From Candidatus Babeliales bacterium (GTDB taxonomy: Bacteria > Patescibacteriota > Saccharimonadia > Saccharimonadales > UBA10212), in contig DATIIZ010000012.1 of assembly GCA_035479215.1 (NCBI GenBank), forward strand, positions 1-63,411: a stretch of DNA of 63,411 nucleotides, read 5' to 3'. Made by a program: the position numbers and the translations under genes. Below are positions 56,422-63,411 of the stretch, in pieces; positions within the stretch are counted from its first letter, which is position 1; every line of letters begins with the position of its first letter. The notes beneath the pieces are model-generated. The model worked only from the letters and a program-made list of their open reading frames with translations. It had not been told where the DNA came from and searched no databases.

Positions 56422-58998
56422 ATGGTAAAAAAAGTTAAAAGGCTTTTTGAGGAGTTCAAACCGGAGCATTACGAGCTCTATCTAGAACTGGATAGAGAGG
56501 ATGCAAAGTTTAGCGGCAAGGTGGTTGTAGACGGACAAAAAACCGGCCGCCCCAGCCAACGGATAACTTTGCACCTATCCGGGCTCAAAACTAAAAGCGC
56601 AAAGATTACCAAAATCGATAAGAAACAGGCAAAAATCGCCGTTGATGTTGAAAGAGTTAATACTCACCGCTCATCTGATGAGCTAAGGATTCACGCTAAG
56701 GAGCAACTCTACCCTGGAAGATATTCTATTGAGATTGAGTTTTCGGGCAAAATCAGCGAAGCTATGCATGGTATTTACCCCTGTAATTTCGAACTAAATG
56801 GCAAGAAACAGCAATTAATCGCTACTCAGTTTGAGAGCCATCACGCCCGTGAAGTCTTCCCATGTATTGATGAGCCGGAGGCTAAAGCTATTTTCGGTCT
56901 GACCCTAGTTACTCCAGCCGGCGAAACTGTAATCTCTAACACACCTATCAGGAATCAGAAGAACAAATCCGGCCAAGTTATCACAGTTTTCGAACCGACA
57001 CCGATTATGAGCACGTATTTATTGGCCTTTGCATATGGAGACTTGGACTATAAAGAGACCAAATCCAGCCGCAATATCAACGTCAGAGTCTATGCTACCC
57101 CAGACAAAGCCGGGCTAACTGATTTTGCGCTGAATGTTGCCGCCCGCTGCCTGGATTTTTTTGAAGAATATTACAGTACTCCATATCCTCTACCAAAACT
57201 GGACCTAATCGGCCTGCCGGACTTCTCGGCCGGAGCCATGGAGAACTGGGGGCTGATAACCTTCCGAGAATCTGTCTTATACGTCGACCCAAAGAGCAGT
57301 TCCATAGAGACTAAACAGGTCGTAGCCATGGTTATCTGCCACGAGATCGCCCACATGTGGTTTGGCAATTTGGTTACCATGAAGTGGTGGAACGATTTAT
57401 GGCTGAATGAGAGTTTCGCCAATCTGATGGAGTATCGCGCCGTCGATGAATTATTCCCTGAATGGAAAATCTGGGAAGTATTTGTCCAAAGAGAAGTAAC
57501 TAGTGCTTTGTCCCGCGATGCCCTACCGAATGTCCAAGCTGTCCAGACCCAGGTAAATCATCCAGACGAGTTAGCGGCAGTTTTTGACCCGTCAATCGTT
57601 TATGCCAAAGGTGGCAGTTTACTGAATATGGTAAGGCACTTAGTAGGCGAGGACAGTTTTAAGCGTGGTTTAAAGAGTTATTTCCAGGAATTTAAGTATT
57701 CGAATACCCAAGCCGATGATCTATGGCAACATCTAGGCAGTGTGAGCGGCTTGCCAATTGGCGATATTATGCAGAACTGGCTCCAAAAACCCGGTTTTCC
57801 AGTGGTCGAACTTGAGTATGTGCCGAAGAGCAAAGAATTTGAGGCAAGTCAGCAGCGTTTGGTACTCGGAGAAGTGGAATCGGCTAATTCGACAGTTTGG
57901 CAGGTTCCGCTGGCAGCCTCGCTTAAGACTAACAGCTCTATGTTGAAAGTAAAAAGTCAGAAGTTCAAAATTGAGGCAGAATCTGACTATCCCTTAATCT
58001 TAAACCATGATGGACACAGCTATCTAGTAACTCAATACCTTGACGCTGGCCATTTTGAAAATATCCTACAATCCGTTGAAAATAAAAGTCTTTCTTCAAT
58101 CGACCGTCTCCTGTTAGTGCAGAATTATTTATTACTGGAACGAGCTTTAAAAGTTTCGACCAAAGATAACCTAAAACTACTGACGAGTTATTCGGCTGAA
58201 GATTATGAACCGGTTTGGGGCATGCTAGCTGGAATCATAGGTAATGTCAGGACACTCATCGATAAAGACCGGCCATTGGAAGATAAGTTGAATTCATATG
58301 TTCGGCCGCTTTTCTCTGAGTTAATTGTTAAGCTGGGCTGGCAGGCACAAACAAGTGAAACTGCCCAGACCCAAAAATTACGGGCTTTGATATTGAGCCT
58401 GGCTGCAGCCGCCGAAGAAAAGGGTGTCGTTCAAGAGGGCCTTAAGAGATTCCAGGACTTTAGTAAGCCCGCTGACTTGCCGCCTGATATCAGAAGTGTA
58501 GTCTATTACATCGGGGCTAGGTATGGCACGGTTAAAGATTTTAACAAATTGGTGAAATTGCATAATCGCCTGATGAATGCCGAGGATAAGGATGACGTAG
58601 CATCTGAATTAACCGCTACCAGGGGGACAGAGAAGATTAAAAGCTTATTATCAATGATTAAAAGCGATAATGTACGCCTGCAGGATGCTCCCACCTGGTT
58701 CGCCTGGTTGATCAGAAATCGATATTCGAATGCTCTGGCATGGCAGTGGTTGATAGATAACTGGTCTTGGGTTGAAGAAAAATATGCCGACGATAAATCT
58801 TATGATCGATTTCCACGTTATGCGGCGATGGGCTCCTCCAGTGAGCAACAGTTGCAAGCCTTCAGAGACTTTTTTGAACCAAAGCGAAGTATTGCCCTAG
58901 AGCGCCCGATTAATTTAGGAATAGAAGAAATCCAGAGCCGTATTGCTTGGCGAGAGAAGAATGAGCAAGCAGTCAAAGAATGGCTTAAGAAACTCTAA
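56422..58998 (+). CDS. pepN: Aminopeptidase N (M1 family zinc metallopeptidase)
   Basis: GAMENWG exopeptidase motif and HEIAHMWFGNLVTMKWWNDLWLNESFA (HExxH-x18-E). Confidence 0.95.
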   Translation: MVKKVKRLFEEFKPEHYELYLELDREDAKFSGKVVVDGQKTGRPSQRITLHLSGLKTKSAKITKIDKKQAKIAVDVERVNTHRSSDELRIHAKEQLYPGRYSIEIEFSGKISEAMHGIYPCNFELNGKKQQLIATQFESHHAREVFPCIDEPEAKAIFGLTLVTPAGETVISNTPIRNQKNKSGQVITVFEPTPIMSTYLLAFAYGDLDYKETKSSRNINVRVYATPDKAGLTDFALNVAARCLDFFEEYYSTPYPLPKLDLIGLPDFSAGAMENWGLITFRESVLYVDPKSSSIETKQVVAMVICHEIAHMWFGNLVTMKWWNDLWLNESFANLMEYRAVDELFPEWKIWEVFVQREVTSALSRDALPNVQAVQTQVNHPDELAAVFDPSIVYAKGGSLLNMVRHLVGEDSFKRGLKSYFQEFKYSNTQADDLWQHLGSVSGLPIGDIMQNWLQKPGFPVVELEYVPKSKEFEASQQRLVLGEVESANSTVWQVPLAASLKTNSSMLKVKSQKFKIEAESDYPLILNHDGHSYLVTQYLDAGHFENILQSVENKSLSSIDRLLLVQNYLLLERALKVSTKDNLKLLTSYSAEDYEPVWGMLAGIIGNVRTLIDKDRPLEDKLNSYVRPLFSELIVKLGWQAQTSETAQTQKLRALILSLAAAAEEKGVVQEGLKRFQDFSKPADLPPDIRSVVYYIGARYGTVKDFNKLVKLHNRLMNAEDKDDVASELTATRGTEKIKSLLSMIKSDNVRLQDAPTWFAWLIRNRYSNALAWQWLIDNWSWVEEKYADDKSYDRFPRYAAMGSSSEQQLQAFRDFFEPKRSIALERPINLGIEEIQSRIAWREKNEQAVKEWLKKL

Positions 58999-58999
58999 G

Positions 59000-59341
59000 T
59001 TAGTTAAGTTCTAATAGCTCTATCTGCTCACAGTTGAGCCCGCTAACTGCAGCCGCCATTAATAGATAATCGCCCTGCCAATCGTATTTTTGTCTCCAGA
59101 CCTCGGCCGCGAAGCTCATTCTCTTTATTTTTTGATTGGCGATATATTCAAAGCCGTCACCTTGAGCTGTACTGGATCGGTATTTCACTTCTACGAAATA
59201 AATACAGCCGGACTTTTTGGCTATAATATCGATTTCACAAACTTTTGTCTTCCAGTTTCTATCTATAACTTCAAAGTCGCGATCCTCTAACATATCGATG
59301 ACAGCAGATTCGGCCTTTAGGCCAAGTTCAGTTGTTTTCAT
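59000..59341 (-). CDS. yraN: YraN family (UPF0102) endonuclease-like protein
   Basis: GE(C)EIDIIA....I.FVEVK.R signature and the typical position next to rnhB. Confidence 0.85.
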   Translation of the reverse strand: MKTTELGLKAESAVIDMLEDRDFEVIDRNWKTKVCEIDIIAKKSGCIYFVEVKYRSSTAQGDGFEYIANQKIKRMSFAAEVWRQKYDWQGDYLLMAAAVSGLNCEQIELLELN

Positions 59342-59904
59342 AAGTTCTCCGCGATAGTAGATACCGGAGCGAACGATCTTCGATGGACAAGCCTAATAAA
59401 ACCATAGGATGTTAATGCAGCCTGGTGCCCGGGAGTCCCATAGCCAACATGCTGTTCAAAGTTGTAAATGGGGTATTTTTTAGCAAGTTTAATCATAAAA
59501 TTATCACGTGTGACCTTGGCATGAATACTAGCGGCCGAAACAATTGGCACTTGATTATCAGCGCCAATTAGAACCTGGGCTCTTTTGAATTTCTTAGGCA
59601 GATAGTTCACATTGCCATCCATAATTATCTCTTCATCAATCTGTACCCTTAAATCGAGCAGTGAACGCCGGGTGCCAAGTTTCAGGGCTCTAGCCAGGCC
59701 GAACTTATCGATTTCGGATACATTCACCCACCCCTCGCCGAATTCGCAGCAAACACTTAACTTGTTAAGTATTTGCCGACGTTGCTTCCTCGATAATAGC
59801 TTAGAGTCTTTTATTTCATCCGGTAGAGTTGTCAGGGCTCGGGCTGCCACAACTAAAAGTGGCCCAGCTAAGCAGCCACGGCCTACTTCATCTACTCCTA
59901 TCAT
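59338..59904 (-). CDS. rnhB: Ribonuclease HII
   Basis: IGVDEVGRGCLAGPL and DSK motifs. Confidence 0.92.
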   Translation of the reverse strand: MIGVDEVGRGCLAGPLLVVAARALTTLPDEIKDSKLLSRKQRRQILNKLSVCCEFGEGWVNVSEIDKFGLARALKLGTRRSLLDLRVQIDEEIIMDGNVNYLPKKFKRAQVLIGADNQVPIVSAASIHAKVTRDNFMIKLAKKYPIYNFEQHVGYGTPGHQAALTSYGFIRLVHRRSFAPVSTIAENL

Positions 59905-59940
59905 ATTTATAGGTTATATTCTTCTAAAACGGGGGGCAAG

Positions 59941-60531
59941 TTATTTTTCTTTGTTTTGCTCTTCTGCCGGTCCCTTAGCTTCGGGACGTTCAACAGGCTT
60001 CTCTTCCAGTTTCTCTGCCTCGGACTTCGGATCTTCTGAGTTTACTGCTTCGACAGCAGCTTTTTCTGATTCTTTTTCAGCTTTGGCTTCTTCTGCATCA
60101 TAGGACTCAACCTGATTATCGTGGATTCTTTCTTCCTCGGCTTCAGCTTGCTCATCCACCACCTTATTTACTGATTCCTTATCGAAATCTATGCCCGAGA
60201 GACGAGCACTTTTACCTGTCAGCTGGCGCATATAGGTAAGATAATTTCGTCGGACTTTACTGCGGCGAACGACTTCTACTTTCAGGATATTTGGTGAGTG
60301 AATCAAGAAACTTTTTTCAACACCAATGCCACTGGCAATACGCCGGACGTTAAAGGCACTCGTAAGACTGCCTTTGCGGGACACCTTAATAACTAAACCT
60401 TCAAAAATCTGGATTCGTTCTTTGCCGCCTTCGCGGATTTTTTGATGCACCCGAACTGTATCACCGGGCCTGACATCAACAACAGCCTTTTTTTTCTGCC
60501 GGTCATTAATTTTCTGGATAACACTTTCCAT
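59941..60531 (-). CDS. rplS: 50S ribosomal protein L19 with a ~80-aa acidic C-terminal extension
   Basis: L19 core (RPGDTVRVH.KI.EG.KERIQ.FEG.VI, R..VRR.YLTYMR) followed by an E/A/K-rich tail. Confidence 0.93.
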   Translation of the reverse strand: MESVIQKINDRQKKKAVVDVRPGDTVRVHQKIREGGKERIQIFEGLVIKVSRKGSLTSAFNVRRIASGIGVEKSFLIHSPNILKVEVVRRSKVRRNYLTYMRQLTGKSARLSGIDFDKESVNKVVDEQAEAEEERIHDNQVESYDAEEAKAEKESEKAAVEAVNSEDPKSEAEKLEEKPVERPEAKGPAEEQNKEK

Positions 60532-60575
60532 AAGTCTGGTAAAGTCTACACTAAAACTACTCCTTAAGCAACCGG

Positions 60576-62174
60576 CTAGCCGGCGACTCGATAGACCTCC
60601 TCTAGTGTTGTTAGTCCGGCGATTACTTTGAGTATTCCGTCCTGCAGCATAGTCCGCATACCCTCTTCGACCGCTTTTGCCTGTAAGCTATCAGTCGTGA
60701 TTTCATTGGGAGGTAGACGCAATAACTTCTGCACGCCCGGTGTCATCTTAAGCTGCTCTCTTATGGCCAGCTGGCCTTTGAACCCAAAGGGATTGGATTC
60801 AGAGACTGCAGGCTTATACAGCGTCAGATTATTTATATCAGGCTTTTGAATACCTGGCGGCAACCCATCTATTACTTCCTTGATCCGGGCCTTGAGCTCA
60901 TCTTCCGGCTGATACGGCTGCTTGCTAGTATCATCCAGCCTTCTGACTAGGCGCTGAGCCATGACTAGACGCATGGCATTAGCAAACAGTGGATTTATCC
61001 CCACCATATCGGACATGCGTGTCAAAGCTGCTGCTGCGCTTGAGCCATGAAAGGTGCTCAGTACCAGGTGGCCGGTTAAAGCTCCTTGTAGGGCAGTCCT
61101 GGCGGTGTCCTGGTCTCTTATTTCACCTACCATGACTATGTCTGGGTCCAGCCTTAGCACAGCCCGCAGTTTTTCAGCAAAGTCATGGCCCTCCAGGGCT
61201 CCTTCTACCGGAATCTGGACAACGCCTGAAATGTTATATTCCACTGGATCTTCTAAGGTTATAATCTTCCTTTCAGGTTTATTTAAAGTGTTTATCAAGG
61301 AATATAGGGTCGTTGTCTTACCAGAGCCCGTCGGCCCGACTATAAGCACCATGCCGGTCGGGTGCTGGATTATTTCGTTTACCGTAGCGGCTTCCTCTGA
61401 GCTTAATCCAAGATTCTCTAAATTCAGTAAATCAAGGCTCATATTAAATAGCCTCATGACGACGTCCATACCATAAAAAGTCTGGACTGTCTCTACCCGA
61501 AGATTGACAGTAACCGCTTCGCCGGTAGCCAACTTGTAGGAGCGGCTGATGTGGCCGGTCTGGGGTTCAGCAATATTGGTCGAAATATTGGCGGCACTGG
61601 CTACGGACGAACTAAGGTGGAGATACTTATCGTGACTTATAATGGCAACCGGGTGTAGTACGCCGTCTATTCTAAAACGGACCCTGATATTCTCTTTCTG
61701 GCACTCTAGATGAATGTCACTGGCTTTCAGTTCATAGGCCTGCTGTACTAGATAAGCTACCATGTCGTCAGGACGAACCTTTTCCAGTGTCTGGCTTACC
61801 CGATCAATTATGCTGTCGGTATGCGATTGGTCGGCTATCTGTATATCTTCATATTCGACTTTTTTGGGCGGATCATAAATCTGCATATATTCTTTAAAGC
61901 CGGTTTCTGAAATTATTGAAAAAGTAACTCTTTGGTCGGTGAAACGTTGCCGGAGTTTATTTATGGTCTGCTGAGATGTTGTGGTCATTACACCGAAATG
62001 GATATTGTGGTCATCGGCTACCAGTGGTACTACTTTGAGGCTGTAGAGTTCCTGGACCGTCAGTATATTCCTAAAGAGCTGTTTTTGCAGTTTTGAAGTA
62101 TCGACATAATTCAAGTCGAGAACTTGAGCTCTGCGGGCAGTAACCAGCTCCTCCTGCACACGGGCATTTTGCAT
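60576..62174 (-). CDS. pilB: Type IV pilus assembly / type II secretion ATPase (PilB/GspE family)
   Basis: Walker A GPTGSGKTTT, Asp box, Walker B and His box (LVLSTFHG). Confidence 0.9.
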   Translation of the reverse strand: MQNARVQEELVTARRAQVLDLNYVDTSKLQKQLFRNILTVQELYSLKVVPLVADDHNIHFGVMTTTSQQTINKLRQRFTDQRVTFSIISETGFKEYMQIYDPPKKVEYEDIQIADQSHTDSIIDRVSQTLEKVRPDDMVAYLVQQAYELKASDIHLECQKENIRVRFRIDGVLHPVAIISHDKYLHLSSSVASAANISTNIAEPQTGHISRSYKLATGEAVTVNLRVETVQTFYGMDVVMRLFNMSLDLLNLENLGLSSEEAATVNEIIQHPTGMVLIVGPTGSGKTTTLYSLINTLNKPERKIITLEDPVEYNISGVVQIPVEGALEGHDFAEKLRAVLRLDPDIVMVGEIRDQDTARTALQGALTGHLVLSTFHGSSAAAALTRMSDMVGINPLFANAMRLVMAQRLVRRLDDTSKQPYQPEDELKARIKEVIDGLPPGIQKPDINNLTLYKPAVSESNPFGFKGQLAIREQLKMTPGVQKLLRLPPNEITTDSLQAKAVEEGMRTMLQDGILKVIAGLTTLEEVYRVAG

Positions 62175-62253
62175 ATTCTTAATTAAACCATAAGAAGTAA
62201 GTAGCTTAAAGGCGTTGCTTTTAGTTTTACGGCTTTGGCATTAATCTTAAGGC

Positions 62254-62754
62254 ATGTGTAAAATCGTTCTGGTTGTCCATAATGTCCGATCGGCCCTAAA
62301 CGTCGGCAGTATATTGCGTACCGCAGAAGGTCTCGGTGTTAAAAAAGTTTACTTAAGCGGTTACACACCTTATCCCGTGGCAGCTGATGACAGTCGGCTG
62401 GCGCACCACAGCCTAAGGACTTCAAGGCAAATCCATAAAACAGCTCTTGGAGCAGAGTCATTAATTAGCTGGCAACAGGTGACAGATATTATGCCGATTA
62501 TCGATAAGCTTAGGTCCGACGGATATATGATTGCCGCATTAGAGCAGACTGCTAATTCCCGGCAACTGGACTCATTCCATGACGATAAAGACATAGCCTT
62601 GATTGTCGGCAATGAGGTTCAGGGCCTCGAGCGCAAGGTATTGGAAAAATCAGATGTTTATCTTCAGATCCCAATGTTTGGCCAAAAGGAATCATTCAAT
62701 GTGGCGGTCGCGACAGGAATCGCCCTTTATCACCTGAGGTGTTTCAAACGGTAG
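62254..62754 (+). CDS. SpoU/TrmH family RNA 2'-O-methyltransferase
   Basis: SPOUT motifs: N.GSILRTAEGLG, LIVGNEVQGL, IPM.G...S.NVAVATGIALY. Confidence 0.85.
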   Translation: MCKIVLVVHNVRSALNVGSILRTAEGLGVKKVYLSGYTPYPVAADDSRLAHHSLRTSRQIHKTALGAESLISWQQVTDIMPIIDKLRSDGYMIAALEQTANSRQLDSFHDDKDIALIVGNEVQGLERKVLEKSDVYLQIPMFGQKESFNVAVATGIALYHLRCFKR

Positions 62755-62791
62755 ACAGCATAAGCGCTTGAGGTTAAAATATACATAACAA

Positions 62792-63411
62792 ATGGCCAAA
62801 ATAAAAAATAGGAATCCTAGCAGCCACCATACTAAGCCCCGGCATTTAAACCGGCGGGCGTTTGAAAAAGTTTACTGGCCCTATATTCCAGTTGTTATTG
62901 CAATCAGCGTTTTACTGGCAATCGGGACTGGTAGCGGCAACCTGCGGTCTTATATCCGGCATCCGGGCGGCAGCGTTCTAAGCTATGCCACCAGCATGAG
63001 CCTCGGAGGCCTACTGGCCGACACAAATTCGGCTCGCGCGGGCAATGGTGTTTCGTCTCTGTCATTAAATAACCAGCTTAACTTAGCCGCTCAGTCGAAA
63101 GCCGACGATATGGCCACCCGCAATTATTGGAGTCACAACACCCCAGAAGGTAACCCTCCTTGGACATTTGTCAAAGCCCAAAATTATTCTTATCAGAAGT
63201 TGGGCGAAAACTTAGCCACCGGTTTCAATGACGAGCAATCCACCATAGATGGTTGGATGGCTAGCCCACCACATAGAGAGAATCTTTTAGATTCTGGTTT
63301 TAAGGAAGTCGGATTTGGTTTTGCTAACATCCCAGACTACACTGCCGCTGGCGGTGGGCCGATGCCAATTGTCGTAGCTTTTTATGGCAACCCCAAAGTT
63401 TTAGACTCTTC
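62792..63411 (+). CDS. CAP/SCP (PR-1-like) domain protein with an N-terminal TM anchor, partial (3' end off window)
   Basis: Absent from the ORF track because no stop lies in the window. ATG at 62792. Translation MAKIKNRNPSSHHTKPRHLNRRAFEKVYWPYIPVVIAISVLLAIG...NYWSHNTPEGNPPW...GENLA.GF......IDGWMASPPHRENLL...FKEVGFG, which is typical of the CAP domain. Confidence 0.75.
   Translation, partial: MAKIKNRNPSSHHTKPRHLNRRAFEKVYWPYIPVVIAISVLLAIGTGSGNLRSYIRHPGGSVLSYATSMSLGGLLADTNSARAGNGVSSLSLNNQLNLAAQSKADDMATRNYWSHNTPEGNPPWTFVKAQNYSYQKLGENLATGFNDEQSTIDGWMASPPHRENLLDSGFKEVGFGFANIPDYTAAGGGPMPIVVAFYGNPKVLDS

Noticed and set aside
1-63411. Search for CRISPR arrays, rRNA genes, transposases or integrases, or direct repeats flanking the inserted genes
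   Set aside because: I saw no repeat-spacer arrays, no rRNA-like sequence and no recombinase-like ORFs. The insertions in the ribosomal array therefore cannot be attributed to a recognisable mobile element from this window alone. I could not search exhaustively for short flanking direct repeats by eye.

Overview
This window looks like chromosomal core DNA from a small, compact bacterial genome. It is probably a CPR/Patescibacteria organism of the Saccharibacteria type. That placement is an inference from four things: no L30 gene between rpsE and rplO, a MurT/GatD pair, a lone PilB-type ATPase, and pervasive overlapping stop/start codons. Most genes lie on the minus strand. A co-directional array of about 29 kb runs rpoB-rpoC-rpsL-rpsG-fusA ... 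tuf-rpsJ ... rplC-rplD-rplW-rplB-rpsS-rplV-rpsC-rplP-rpmC-rpsQ-rplN-rplX-rplE-rpsN-rpsH-rplF-rplR-rpsE-rplO ... secY. Flanking it on one side are a type II R-M pair, several orphan genes and a DEAD-box helicase. On the other side are clpP, tig, hisS, gdh, tRNA-Leu, rsmD, recG, murT/gatD, tyrS, a class A PBP, radA, clpC, nusA, plsC, pepN, yraN, rnhB, rplS, pilB, a SpoU methyltransferase and a CAP-domain protein. The main oddity is that eight normally invariant junctions of the str/S10/spc super-operon are occupied by extra material. Five of them hold translationally coupled orphan small ORFs of 57-102 aa (rpsL|rpsG, rpsG|fusA, tuf|rpsJ, rplB|rpsS, rplE|rpsN). The fusA|tuf junction holds a three-gene glycan/acyltransferase cassette. 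The rplO|secY junction holds a FabG-like reductase. The rpsJ|rplC junction holds a 638-nt non-coding module with a bidirectional terminator, a candidate plus-strand sRNA and an 81-nt cloverleaf-like element. Two CIRCE (HrcA-type) operators sit on the clpP and clpC promoters with the -35 box inside the operator spacer. Several genes look leaderless. I found no rRNA, CRISPR array, transposase or integrase.
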